This document shows positions 42,394 to 52,632 of a stretch of DNA of 64,000 nt, piece by piece (position 1 is the first letter of the stretch; the number at the start of each line of letters is the position of its first letter). Made by a program: the position numbers and the translations under genes. The stretch comes from an uncultured delta proteobacterium. GTDB lineage: Bacteria; Desulfobacterota; Desulfobacteria; Desulfobacterales; Desulfosalsimonadaceae. The stretch covers positions 256,001 through 320,000 of the forward strand of contig CAWGYD010000008.1 in assembly GCA_963826785.1 (NCBI GenBank). The letters run 5' to 3'. The notes beneath the pieces are model-generated. The model had not been told where the DNA came from, searched no databases, and saw nothing but the letters and a program-made list of their open reading frames with translations.

Positions 42394-42590
42394 ACACCCC
42401 CCTTCGCCCCCCTCAAGGGGGGAATTGAGAGGGTGGGGCACCCTTCGAGGGGTGGAATTAAAGGAGGATGTCCCTCGAGGGAGGGAATAAAAGGGGGGTG
42501 CCCTTCGAGGGAGGAAATAAAAGGGGGGTGCCTCGAGGGAGGAAAGAGGGACATCCCTTGAGGGGAGGGGAAAGCGAGATATCCCCTCGC
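42394..42590. repeat. Family B repeat expanded into a tandem array of about 7 degenerate 24-31-bp units
   Basis: Units such as cccttcgagggaggaaataaaaggggggtg follow the ACACCCCCCTTCGCCCCCCTC head. Confidence 0.85.
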
Positions 42591-42633
42591 GGATAATCAC
42601 CCCGCTTATGTTAACTTTTTATAGGAGACATTC

Positions 42634-44389
42634 ATGCCCGGCGCCATGGTCCCCACTGAACGGCTGTATGCCTTTATCGCCGACGGCGAGCGCGGGGCGC
42701 TCATCGACCCTTCCGGCGGCATTTCCTGGATGTGCATGCCCTCCTGGGACGGGGATGCTTTTTTCACATCCCTGCTGGGCGGGGCCGGGATCTACAGCGT
42801 CAGCCCGCAGGAGAGCTATGTCTGGGGCGGCTATTATGAATCCGGCACGCTGGTCTGGCGCAACCGCTGGACCCTGACCGGCGGACCGATTGTCGAATGC
42901 CATGACGCCCTGGCCTTTCCCGGCGATCCGGAAAGGGCGCTGCTGCTGCGGCGACTGAGTGCGGAAAAGGGCGAAGTCAGGATGCGAATCGTCCTGGATA
43001 TCCGGCCCGAATACGGAAAAAAACGCATCCAGAACTGGAAGCAATCGGAACAGGGGATATGGTCCGGCCACCTGGATCCGCTGCAGGTACAGTGGCACGG
43101 CGCAGCGGATGCCCGCTTTTCGAAGGATGAGGGGCTGGTGATGGAAGTCACCCTCGCGGCGGGGCAGCATCATGATCTGCTGCTCGCGCTTTCCTGCCGG
43201 CCCATGAAAGACGAAAAGTTTGATCCGGATGCCCTCTGGAGTTCCACCCGCAGGGCCTGGGAACTGTCCGCACCCAAGCTGGACCGGTGCGCGGGGCAGC
43301 GCGACGCCCTGCATGCCTATGTGGTCCTCCGGGGATTGACCACGAAAAGCGGCGGCATGGCTTCTGCGGCCACCACCTCCCTTCCGGAGCGGAGCGACTC
43401 GGGCCGCAATTACGATTACCGCTACGTCTGGATTCGGGACCAATGCTGGACCGGCCAGGCCATGGCCGCCATCGCACCTGACTTCCTGCTGAGCGAATCC
43501 GTCCGGTTTATCCAGGACCGATTGCTGGAAGACGGGCCGGATCTTCGGCCGGTCTACACCCCATCCGGCGAAAAAGTCCCCGCAGAAAAAGATCTTTCAC
43601 ACCTGCCCGGCTACCCGGGTGGAGCCCAAAATCATCATCGGCAACAAGGCCGGGGAGCAGTTTCAGCTGGATGCCTTCGGCGAGGCGCTTCTGCTCTTTG
43701 CCGCCGCCGCCCGGCACGACACACTGGATGCGATGGGATGGCGGGCGGCGGAAGTCGCGGTGAATGCCATTAAAAATCGCTGGCAGGAAAAGGGGGCCGG
43801 TCTGTGGGAGACTAAACCCCATTGCTGGACCCACAGCCGGCTGATCTGCGCGGCGGGGCTCAAGCAGATCGCCATGAACGGCGCACCGCGCCGGGTGGCT
43901 TCCCAGTGGCTGGCCCTGGCCGAAACCATCCTGGCCGAAACTGCCGGGATGTCCGTCCACCGGTCCGGGTACTGGCAGCGCTCACCCGAAGACGACCGGG
44001 TGGATGCCTCCCTGCTCCTGCCGGTGCTGCGGGGGGCCCTGTACCATAAGGACCCCCGGAGCAAGGCCACCCTGGAAAAGATCGAGCACGACCTGGCCCG
44101 GGACGGCTACTGCTACCGGTTCAAGTCCTCCCTCCCCCTGTCCCGGGCAGAAGGGGCCTTTTCCATCTGCGGGTATTGGCTCTGCCTCACTTACCTCCAG
44201 CAGAAGGATTACACCGAAGCCGTGCGCTGGTTCGAGCGCGCCCGGTCCAGCTGCGGCCCGCCCGGCCTTTATGCCGAAGAATACGATGTCATCCAGCGGG
44301 AGCTGCGGGGCAACCTCCCCCAGGCCTTTGTCCACGCCGTCCTGCTGGAATGCGCCGCGCGTATCGGCCAGGAGATCGGCTACCGATAG
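42634..44389 (+). CDS. Glycoside hydrolase family 15 (apparent +1 indel near 43627)
   Basis: AATTSLPE, NYDYRYVWIRD, QLDAFGE, GLWE, EGAF, LYAEE and GNLPQAFVH. Confidence 0.9.
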
Positions 44390-44464
44390 ATGTGGCTTCA
44401 AAACCTCATCTAAGGTCCACTGGCTGCGTTGCAGGCTTCCTCAAAATGCTCACATACGCCATAT

Positions 44465-45286
44465 CTAATTCGGATTCAAAATCCCCTTGAACTGATCGCC
44501 CAACCCTTTGAGTTCCTCGCCCTTCTTTTTGAGCTGCTCGGTGGTCTGTTCCAGTTGTTTCTGCTTTTCCATTTTCAACTTGTTAAAATCGATCCCCTTG
44601 GCCTTGAACTGATCCCGGAACCGGGCCATGACCTGGGGAGAGGTGATATTTTCGTAGATGTTCTGGAAAATGATCATCATGACCTGCCGCGGGGTGGTGT
44701 TTTCACCCCCCACATTCTTCATGTGGAGATCGGGCATTGGGGAGGTGACGGACTGGCTCTGGCCGAGCACCGAGACGGACATGTTCACCGTCCCCCCGGT
44801 CATGGCAAAATCCCGGATCAACAGGCTTTTCCCTTTTTTCTCCGGGGCGGGCGCGGGGGCCTGGGGCTCAGAAGGCTTGGACGGGCCCGCGGCGGTTTTG
44901 ATGTTGTTGATAATCGCCCGGAAATTGTCCGTCTTTCCTTTCAGCTCATAGGAGATCACCGGCTTTTGGATTTCAATCCTGTCGATGATGATGGTATCGC
45001 CGGCCAGGCTTTTCTCGTCCACATCGACGGTCACAGCATTCACGCTCAGGGCATTCTGGTCTGAAAATCCCCGGGGATTTCCCATGACGAAATCATTTAG
45101 CCGGGCCTCGCCGGTGAACAGGGATACATTCACATTCGCCACACTGACATCGGTTTGGGTCATGGAAGGCAGGTAGGTGTTCACCGCAGTTTTAATGATG
45201 GGCCCCAGATTTGAAATACCGATCACCAGGACAATGATCAGGATCAACAGGACAGCTCCGAGGCCGATGACAAGCCACTTTCTCAT
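44465..45286 (-). CDS. AsmA/DUF748-like membrane-anchored protein
   Basis: N-terminal TM helix followed by a beta-rich region with GNPRGF and IIIDRIEI. Confidence 0.6.
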   Translation of the reverse strand: MRKWLVIGLGAVLLILIIVLVIGISNLGPIIKTAVNTYLPSMTQTDVSVANVNVSLFTGEARLNDFVMGNPRGFSDQNALSVNAVTVDVDEKSLAGDTIIIDRIEIQKPVISYELKGKTDNFRAIINNIKTAAGPSKPSEPQAPAPAPEKKGKSLLIRDFAMTGGTVNMSVSVLGQSQSVTSPMPDLHMKNVGGENTTPRQVMMIIFQNIYENITSPQVMARFRDQFKAKGIDFNKLKMEKQKQLEQTTEQLKKKGEELKGLGDQFKGILNPN

Positions 45287-45358
45287 GCAGTTCCTCCTTT
45301 CAGGTGATATGGATTTGCAGAAGCAAAGGCATCCTGGATGCTTATTTATAGACGGACC

Positions 45359-46645
45359 CTAAACGGCTGCCAGGGCCTGCTCCAGGTCGGCAATGATATC
45401 GTCGATGTGCTCGATGCCCACCGACAGCCGGATCAGATCCGGGGGAAGGCCGCCGGCGATCTGCTGTTCGGGGGAGAGCTGGGAATGGGTGGTGGAAGAG
45501 GGATGCAGGGCCAGGCTCTTGGCATCCCCCACATTGGCCAGGTGGGAAATCAGGTTGAGATTTTCGATAAACTGCCGTCCGGCATCCGGCGTCCCCTCGA
45601 TCCCGAACACCACCATGGCGCCAAACCCCTTCTTCAGGTACTTTGCGGCAATTGCGTGCGACGGGTCGTCCGGCAGCCCGGGATACCGGACCCAGGCCGC
45701 TTTGGGATGTTCCTTTAAGAACTGGGCCACTTTCATGGCATTCTGGCAGTGCCGCTCCATGCGCAAAGGGAGCGTCTCCATTCCCTGGAGGAACAGCCAG
45801 GCATTGTCCGGCGACATGCAGGCCCCCAGGTTCCGCAGGGGCACCAGGCGCATGCGCACGATAAAGGCGATGTCGTTGTTCTCCCCCAGATCGTGGGCGA
45901 ACCGGAGATCGAAATTGCTGGGGTCCGGGATATTGAAATACTTGAATTTCGGATCGGTCCAATCGAAGGTTCCGGCGTCCACCACCACCCCGCCGATGCC
46001 GGTGCCGTGTCCGCCGATCCACTTGGTCACCGAATTGACCACCACGTCGGCGCCGTGCTCGATGGCCCGCAGCAAATAGGGGGTGGTGAAGGTGGCGTCC
46101 ACGATCAGCGGCAGGTGGTGCTTTTTCGCGATCTTCGATACCGCATCGATGTCGGCCACGTCCAGGGCGGGGTTTCCGATGGTCTCCATGAAAATGGCCC
46201 GGGTCTTTGATGTCACGGCCGCATCGAAATTTTTCGGATCTCTCGGGTCCACGAATTTCACCTGGATGTCGAACTGGGGCAGGATGTCATGAAACATGGT
46301 ATAGGTGCCGCCATACAGGTTGCTGGCGGACACGATCTCGTCGCCGGCGCCGCAGATGGTGATGATGGAATAGTAAATGGCGGCCGTACCCGAGGAAAGG
46401 GCCAGGGCGGCTGCCCCGCCCTCCAGTGCGGCCAGTCGCTTTTCCAGTGCATCATGGGTGGGGTTCATGATCCGGGAATAGATGTTTCCCGCTTGCTGGT
46501 GCGAAAACAGGCCGGCGGCATGCTCCGTGCTTTTAAACGTAAAGGAAGTGGTCCGGTGGATGGGAATCGCCCGGGAACGGGTCACCGGGTCGGGCGCATA
46601 CCCGGCATGCAGGCACAGGGTTTCAAAGTGGAGTTTTCGGGTCAT
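45359..46645 (-). CDS. metY: O-acetylhomoserine/O-acetylserine sulfhydrylase
   Basis: FETLCLHAG, YSRIMNPT, PLP lysine in SVTKWIGGHG, HLANVGDAKSL and IRLSVGIE. Start at MTRKLH. Confidence 0.9.
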   Translation of the reverse strand: MTRKLHFETLCLHAGYAPDPVTRSRAIPIHRTTSFTFKSTEHAAGLFSHQQAGNIYSRIMNPTHDALEKRLAALEGGAAALALSSGTAAIYYSIITICGAGDEIVSASNLYGGTYTMFHDILPQFDIQVKFVDPRDPKNFDAAVTSKTRAIFMETIGNPALDVADIDAVSKIAKKHHLPLIVDATFTTPYLLRAIEHGADVVVNSVTKWIGGHGTGIGGVVVDAGTFDWTDPKFKYFNIPDPSNFDLRFAHDLGENNDIAFIVRMRLVPLRNLGACMSPDNAWLFLQGMETLPLRMERHCQNAMKVAQFLKEHPKAAWVRYPGLPDDPSHAIAAKYLKKGFGAMVVFGIEGTPDAGRQFIENLNLISHLANVGDAKSLALHPSSTTHSQLSPEQQIAGGLPPDLIRLSVGIEHIDDIIADLEQALAAV

Positions 46646-46688
46646 GGCGTCCTCCAGAATGGATTCAGAATTTATGATGATCGGAGGA

Positions 46689-47618
46689 TCAGTCTTCCTT
46701 CCTGAACAGCTCCGTACTGATATACCGCTCCCCCGTGCTGGGCAACAGGGTGACGATCCTTTTGCCGGCAGATTCCGGCCGTTTTGCCACCTGCAGCGCG
46801 GCGGCCACGGCCGCCCCCGAGGAAATGCCGCAGAGCAGCCCTTCCTTTTCCGCAAGCTTCCGGGCCATGTCAAACGCCTGGTCATTGGTGACGGTGACCA
46901 CCTCGTCGATGACCGACCGGTCCAGCACCTCGGGCACAAACCCCGCCCCGATGCCCTGGATTTTGTGAGGTCCGGGCTTGCCGCCGGAGAGCACCGGCGA
47001 TTCCGCCGGCTCCACGGCAATGGCCTTGAATGTGTTCTTCCGGCTCTTGATCACCTGGGCCACGCCGGTGATGGTGCCGCCGGTGCCCACGCCGGCCACG
47101 AATATATCCACCGTCCCTTCCGTGTCCCGCCAGATCTCCTCCGCGGTGGTGATGCGATGAACGGCCGGGTTGGCCGGGTTGGCGAACTGGTCCGGCATGA
47201 AGGCATCTTTTTGTTCCGCAAGCATCTCCCTGGCCGTGTCAATGGCGCCTTTCATGCCCTGCTCCCCCCGGGTCAGCACCAGGTCCGCGCCCAGATGGCG
47301 CAACAGTTTCTTGCGCTCCATGCTCATGGTTTCGGGCATGGTCAGGCGGAGCCGGTATCCTTTGGCCGCGCACACGAAGGCAAGGGCGATGCCGGTATTG
47401 CCGCTGGTGGGTTCGATGATCAGTGTGCCGGGGTGGATGCGCCCCTGCTTTTCCGCCGCTTCGATCATGGACACGGCGATGCGGTCCTTGACACTTCCCA
47501 GCGGGTTGAAATATTCCAGCTTGGCATAAATCTCGGCGTCGATCCCCTCGGTGATCCGATTGAGCCGGACCATGGGGGTCAATCCGATGGTATGGGCGAT
47601 ATTGGAATAATATTTCAT
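46689..47618 (-). CDS. cysK: Cysteine synthase A
   Basis: [24 protein letters not shown] and [10 protein letters not shown]. Confidence 0.96.
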   Translation of the reverse strand: MKYYSNIAHTIGLTPMVRLNRITEGIDAEIYAKLEYFNPLGSVKDRIAVSMIEAAEKQGRIHPGTLIIEPTSGNTGIALAFVCAAKGYRLRLTMPETMSMERKKLLRHLGADLVLTRGEQGMKGAIDTAREMLAEQKDAFMPDQFANPANPAVHRITTAEEIWRDTEGTVDIFVAGVGTGGTITGVAQVIKSRKNTFKAIAVEPAESPVLSGGKPGPHKIQGIGAGFVPEVLDRSVIDEVVTVTNDQAFDMARKLAEKEGLLCGISSGAAVAAALQVAKRPESAGKRIVTLLPSTGERYISTELFRKED

Positions 47619-47658
47619 CGTCGTATTCCTTTATTTGAATAACCTGACTCCGATTTCC

Positions 47659-48612
47659 TTATGTTTTCCGGTACTTTAATTTGGGGGTCTCGCCGATCAC
47701 GGTGGTATCCGGGGGAACCGATTCGGTCACCCAGACATTGCCGCCGATGACGCAGCGTGTGCCGATAGTGGTTTCGCCGCCCAGGATAGTGGCGCCGGAA
47801 TAGATCACCACGTCATCCTCGATGGTGGGATGCCGTTTTAGACCCCGCATCTGTTCGCACTGATCGGAAGGCACCGACAGGGCGCCGATGGTCACCCCCT
47901 GGTAGAGGCGGACATTTTTGCCGATGATGGAGGTCTCGCCGATCACCACGCCGGTGCCGTGGTCGATGAAAAACCGCGGGCCGATCGTCGCCCCCGGATG
48001 GATGTCGATGCCGGTCAGGCTGTGGGAAAATTCGGTCATCATCCGGGGGATCAGCGGGACTTCCAGTTCAAACAGCCGGTGGGCGATCCGATAGACGGTG
48101 ATGGCGAACATGCCCGGATAGCTGAAGATGACCTCGTCATGGCTCTTGGCTGCCGGGTCCCCTTCGTAGCCGGCATCGATGTCCGTGGAGAGCATCTTCT
48201 GGAGGGCCGGGACCGATTCCAGAAAAGCCAGGGCGATCTGATACCCCCGCTCCATGCAGTCGGTGCAGGGGCGTTCATACTTGAAGCATTCATACCGGAT
48301 GGCCCTGGACACCTGGTCGGACAACAGGTCGAACAGGGTGGAAACCTGCTGGCCCAGGGTATACTTGAGGTTGACCGGATCGAGCTTGTCCCGGTTGAAA
48401 TACCCTGGAAACAGGATCTCCCGGGCCTTGTCGAGAATGGCAAACACCGATTCCCGGGAAGGGGTGGGTTCATAGTCGATATGGGTGAAATTCTTGTCCT
48501 GGGTGCATCCGGCCAGGATGTCATCCACCACCCGGGGAAGTTTTTCCCGGAAATCGGTGTATGATTCGGCCTCGGTCCGGCATTTGGAAATGTCAGTTTT
48601 TCTTGCGTCCAT
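47659..48612 (-). CDS. cysE: Serine O-acetyltransferase
   Basis: GDPAA, TGIDIHPGA, FIDHGTGVVIGET and KRHPTIED. Confidence 0.93.
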   Translation of the reverse strand: MDARKTDISKCRTEAESYTDFREKLPRVVDDILAGCTQDKNFTHIDYEPTPSRESVFAILDKAREILFPGYFNRDKLDPVNLKYTLGQQVSTLFDLLSDQVSRAIRYECFKYERPCTDCMERGYQIALAFLESVPALQKMLSTDIDAGYEGDPAAKSHDEVIFSYPGMFAITVYRIAHRLFELEVPLIPRMMTEFSHSLTGIDIHPGATIGPRFFIDHGTGVVIGETSIIGKNVRLYQGVTIGALSVPSDQCEQMRGLKRHPTIEDDVVIYSGATILGGETTIGTRCVIGGNVWVTESVPPDTTVIGETPKLKYRKT

Positions 48613-48774
48613 GCGATTTGCTCCATTTCCAATGGAACATCATGATTATGAAATTATCCCAACATTATATTCCGTAAAAATCCATTTTTCCTTATCGTCA
48701 TTCCGGCGAGGCCGATATTCCAATTGGTTATTACTCCGGTATTCCCGGAGTGACGAACTCCGGTTTTTACGGGT

Positions 48775-48813
48775 TCCAGCATTCCAGCATTCCATTCCAG
48801 TATTCCATTGCTC
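48775..48813. repeat. Short ATTCCAGC-type tandem repeats
   Basis: ttccagc attccagc attcc attccagt attccatt, the same 8-mer class as at 6.1 kb. Confidence 0.55.
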
Positions 48814-48865
48814 CCTTTGATGCTGCGACTGCCCTCGCCGGTATCGCGTATTCGGGTTCTGACGC

Positions 48866-50035
48866 TTACTGCACCGCGCAGGCCGATTTCCAGAAGGGGG
48901 ACATCTGCCGGAGCCGTTCGATAATGGCCGGCAGCTGCTCCACCACGAAATCGACCTCTTCTGCGGTGTTGTAAGTGCTCAGGGAAAACCGGATGGAGCC
49001 GTGGGCCGCAGTGTACGGTACGCCCATGGCCCTCAGCACGTGGGAGGGCTCCAGCGATCCCGAGGTGCAGGCGGACCCGGAAGAAGCGCAGATCCCGAAC
49101 TGGTCCATCATCAAAAGGATGGCTTCCCCTTCGATATATTCGAAGCTGATATTGGTGGTGTTGGGCAGCCGGCTTTCCGGTTCACCGTTTAAAATGGTCT
49201 TTTCCACGCCGGTCAGAATTCCGGTTTCCAGGCGGTCCCGCAGCTTTCCCACCCGTTCCATCCCCGGCAGGTGCAGCGCCGCCAATTCCGCGGCCTTGCC
49301 CATGCCGATGATGGATGCGGAATTTTCAGTACCGCCCCGCCGGCCCCTTTCCTGGTGGCCGCCGATCATGAAGGGCGAGAACTTGGTCCCCTTTCTCACA
49401 TAGAGGGCCCCCACACCTTTTGGCGCATGGATCTTGTGGCCGGACATGGAGAGCATGTTCACGTTCGCATCGGCGACATCCACCGGGATCTTCCCCACCG
49501 CCTGGACCGCATCTGTGTGAAAGACGATGCCGCGCTCCCGGATGATTTTCGCCAGTTTTGCAATGGGGTATATCACTCCGGTTTCGTTGTTGGCCCACAT
49601 GATGCTGACCACGGCCGTATCGTCGCTCAAATGGTCCACCAGGTAATCCGTATCCAGGTTTCCCCGGCGGTCCACCGGCACCCAGGAAATCCGGTAGCCG
49701 TTCTTGGCCAGGTGCTCATACAGGTTTTTGATCGCCGGGTGCTCCACCCGGGTGGTGATGATGTGCTTTTTCTCCGGCTGGGACCGGATGGCCGCCCAGA
49801 TGGCCGTGGAGTCACTTTCCGTTCCGCATCCCGTGAAAATGATCTCTTCGGGGGACGCATGGATCAGGGCGGCGACTTTTTCCCGGGCTTCGGCAATTTT
49901 TTTTCCCACCATGCCGCCGAAGGCGTGCATACTGGAAGGGTTGCCGTAGTATTCGGTAAAAAAGGGCTGCATCTCCTGGAGCACTTCCGGTGCCACCCGG
50001 GTGGTGGCGTTGTTGTCCATGTAGATCACGTTCAT
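48866..50035 (-). CDS. nifS: Cysteine desulfurase NifS
   Basis: DNNATT, GNPSS, SGHKIHAPKG and SSGSACTS. Overlaps the nifU stop. Confidence 0.95.
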   Translation of the reverse strand: MNVIYMDNNATTRVAPEVLQEMQPFFTEYYGNPSSMHAFGGMVGKKIAEAREKVAALIHASPEEIIFTGCGTESDSTAIWAAIRSQPEKKHIITTRVEHPAIKNLYEHLAKNGYRISWVPVDRRGNLDTDYLVDHLSDDTAVVSIMWANNETGVIYPIAKLAKIIRERGIVFHTDAVQAVGKIPVDVADANVNMLSMSGHKIHAPKGVGALYVRKGTKFSPFMIGGHQERGRRGGTENSASIIGMGKAAELAALHLPGMERVGKLRDRLETGILTGVEKTILNGEPESRLPNTTNISFEYIEGEAILLMMDQFGICASSGSACTSGSLEPSHVLRAMGVPYTAAHGSIRFSLSTYNTAEEVDFVVEQLPAIIERLRQMSPFWKSACAVQ

Positions 50036-50859
50036 GCGGCCTCCTCCACCACCAGTTCCGGTGTGACCATCTCACGCAGTTTGGCCTCCACGTAGTTTTT
50101 CAACGTCAGCCCCGAAGCCGCGCAGGTGGCGCAGGTGCCGATGAGCTTGACAAATACCCGGTTGCCGTCCACATCCACCAGTTCGATGCTGCCGCCGTCC
50201 TTCTGCAGGGCCGGCTTGATTTCACGCTCCAGGGTGTCTTCGATCATCTTGATCTTCTGGATGTTCGTCAGCCCCTTGGGTTTTGCCGGTTCGATGCCGG
50301 CCTTCTGGTAGACCGAATTGATGATCTGCTCGATATCGTCGTGGCATTTGCCGCAGCCGCCGCCGGCCTTTATGTAATTGGTGACATCATCGATGCTCTT
50401 GAGCCGGTTTTCCCGGACCGCCGCCTCGATCTGCTTGTCGGTGACCCCGAAGCACTCGCATACCACCCGGCCCTCCTGAGGCTGCAGGTCCCCGCCCCGA
50501 TAATTCTGGATGGCCACCTTGAGGGCGTCTTTTCCCATCACCGAGCAGTGCATCTTTTCCTTGGGCAGTCCGCCGAGGTACTCGGCGATGTCGTCATTGG
50601 TAATCTTTTCGGCTTCCTCCAGGGATTTGCCCCGGAGTATCTCCGTCAGCGCCGATGAAGAGGCAATGGCGCTGGCGCATCCGAATGTCTGGAACCGGGC
50701 ATCGACGATCTTCTTGTTCTCGTCGAGCTTGAGATAGAGTTTCAGTGCGTCCCCGCAGGCCATGGAGCCGACCTCGCCCACGGCATCCGCGTCCTCGATC
50801 TCACCGACATTCCTGGGATTTAAAAAATGATCTTTGACCTTGTCCGTGTATTCCCACAT
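50032..50859 (-). CDS. nifU: Three-domain Fe-S scaffold NifU
   Basis: IscU domain (ACGD, FGCASA, KMHC), central CECF...GCGKC and NfuA domain (DGG..CATC). Confidence 0.95.
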   Translation of the reverse strand: MWEYTDKVKDHFLNPRNVGEIEDADAVGEVGSMACGDALKLYLKLDENKKIVDARFQTFGCASAIASSSALTEILRGKSLEEAEKITNDDIAEYLGGLPKEKMHCSVMGKDALKVAIQNYRGGDLQPQEGRVVCECFGVTDKQIEAAVRENRLKSIDDVTNYIKAGGGCGKCHDDIEQIINSVYQKAGIEPAKPKGLTNIQKIKMIEDTLEREIKPALQKDGGSIELVDVDGNRVFVKLIGTCATCAASGLTLKNYVEAKLREMVTPELVVEEAA

Positions 50860-51059
50860 TTTTCCGGTCTCCTCTGGATATCGCTTTATAATCCGCTGCC
50901 CACTTTGTATGGAGCGGATTGAAAATTTGTTTTTAATACTCTCATAATAATCATATTGATTTAAATATCAAAGTCTTTTTTAAACACCGGTCCGAATCAA
51001 TCGTTGAATCGGCGGCTGTTTTCAGTGATATATAGCTATCACATCGTGATACCTGTTTT

Positions 51060-51566
51060 TTACTCGCCATCCAGCAGGGAAATATTTTCATCTGCAATGG
51101 CCAGGCTGACCCTTGTGCAGGCGGCAGCCAGTTCGGAGGCGGCGGTGGCATCGGTCCGGGCCGGCGGGTGGCACAGGGGGCGGATTTGGCGGATGAGTTG
51201 CATCATGCGCAATCCATGCCGGCAGATTAAAAGCGAAACTTCCATCAGCTTCTGTTTTTCCCGGGACCCTCCGCCCGCATTCAACGGCCCGGACCTGAGG
51301 CCGGCGATGTATCGGTTATAGGCAAAAACATCGGCTTCCATGAGGGCCAGGCACTGATTTCGAATTTGATCGAATTCTTCGGCGGCCTGCAGGAGTCGCG
51401 GCCTGGTTTCAGAAGTTTTTATGTATTTTACAGAAACGCGGCAGACAAAAGATCCCAGGGCGGCAGCCGTCGCACCGGTCAGGGCCGATGCACTTCCGGC
51501 GGCGGGAACCGCGGGGGACGGGGCGGCAATCATTTCCAGCAGATGGGTGAAGGGTTCTGATTTCAT
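51060..51566 (-). CDS. Cyclodeaminase/cyclohydrolase (FTCD C-terminal-like), divergent
   Basis: APSPAVPAAGSASALTGA, LMEADVFAY and ADENI. Confidence 0.6.
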   Translation of the reverse strand: MKSEPFTHLLEMIAAPSPAVPAAGSASALTGATAAALGSFVCRVSVKYIKTSETRPRLLQAAEEFDQIRNQCLALMEADVFAYNRYIAGLRSGPLNAGGGSREKQKLMEVSLLICRHGLRMMQLIRQIRPLCHPPARTDATAASELAAACTRVSLAIADENISLLDGE

Positions 51567-51614
51567 GTTTAAACCCCTTATCCAGATAACGCCAGTCTTG
51601 ATTATTGGTGACAG

Positions 51615-51700
51615 TTCTCCCCACTTTCGGAAGGGAGGCGGGAGATTTAAGATTCCGGCGTGTCAAATCCCCCTGAATCCCCCTTTTCTAAGGGGGACTT
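51615..51700. repeat. REP-like repeat, family C doublet
   Basis: ttctccccactttcggaagggagg...aaatccccctgaatcccccttttctaagggggactt. Confidence 0.75.
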
Positions 51701-51780
51701 ATATCAAAATTTACCAAGCACTTGCTTTTGCTGAATAAACTGGAGTTATCCGGATAACCCGAAAAATTTATCCGGGTTGC

Positions 51781-52632
51781 CTACGCGATCAGGCGCTTGG
51801 ACCGCAGCAGGGGCCGGGGGTCGATGAGGTGGCGCCGGAACCATCCCCGGCCGCTTCCCACACCCATGGACAAAGACAGGATTTCTGAAAAATGCAGGAC
51901 CGGGACCTTGCCGGGAAGCGAACTGCGGATCTCCAGGTTGAGGTGGCACATGGCGCAGGCGGTGACGATGCACTCGGCTTTCACCTGGGCTGCGCCGTCC
52001 ATAATGCGCGTGACGGTGCCGGTGGCGATATCCGGCCGGGAAACGGACAGAAATGTGCCGCAGCAGCGGGATTTGTGGGACCAGGAAAGCGGCTCTGCCC
52101 CCAGAGACGAAAGCACTCTCTCCATGATTCCATGAAAGTTTCGTTCATGGCGCATGGCCGGTGGTCGATTGAGCATGCAGCCGTAATAGGGGACGAACTT
52201 CAGGCCGCTCAGCCGCTTGGGCGTATTTTCAAACAGGCCGTCTTCATCCATTTCCAGGAGCAGGTCAAAAAAATTGATCACCTGCAGATCAGACGGAAAC
52301 GGCTTTCCCCACAACGCGGCATATTCTTCCTGAAGAACCGGATCTTCCTTGATTTTCATATGGGTGCTTTTCAGCCGCAGATAGCAGCTCGGGCAGGCGG
52401 CCAGCAGGGGCCGGTCCGGCGGGGCCAAAAGAAGATTGCGCGACGGCAGGTGAATCCCGAGTTCGTGGTTGATGCTGTGGGCCGATGACGATCCGCAGCA
52501 GTTCCAGTCCCTGATCTCCACCAGTTCAATCCCGTAAAGCCGGCAGAACGTCAACAGCGAGTTGTTGTTTTCCTTGGCCGTGGTGGCCAGGGAACAGCCG
52601 GGAAAATAGGAGAAGGTTTTATGCTTCATCAT
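51781..52632 (-). CDS. hdrB: Heterodisulfide reductase subunit B-like (CCG domains)
   Basis: YFPGCS, DWNCCG, ACPSC, YYGC, RCCG and ACAMC. Confidence 0.88.
   Translation of the reverse strand: MMKHKTFSYFPGCSLATTAKENNNSLLTFCRLYGIELVEIRDWNCCGSSSAHSINHELGIHLPSRNLLLAPPDRPLLAACPSCYLRLKSTHMKIKEDPVLQEEYAALWGKPFPSDLQVINFFDLLLEMDEDGLFENTPKRLSGLKFVPYYGCMLNRPPAMRHERNFHGIMERVLSSLGAEPLSWSHKSRCCGTFLSVSRPDIATGTVTRIMDGAAQVKAECIVTACAMCHLNLEIRSSLPGKVPVLHFSEILSLSMGVGSGRGWFRRHLIDPRPLLRSKRLIA

Noticed and set aside
42394..42590. Possible CRISPR array
   Set aside because: The units are adjacent degenerate tandem copies with no unique spacers. No cas genes are present, and the motif belongs to a dispersed repeat family.
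44410..44460. Possible remnant of another repeat (ctgcgttgc...ctcaaaatgctcacatac)
   Set aside because: It is a single partial copy with no partner arm in the window, so it cannot be supported.
50956..50971. FNR-like box upstream of nifU (TTGAT-N6-ATCAA)
   Set aside because: The spacer is 6 nt rather than 4, in AT-rich DNA.
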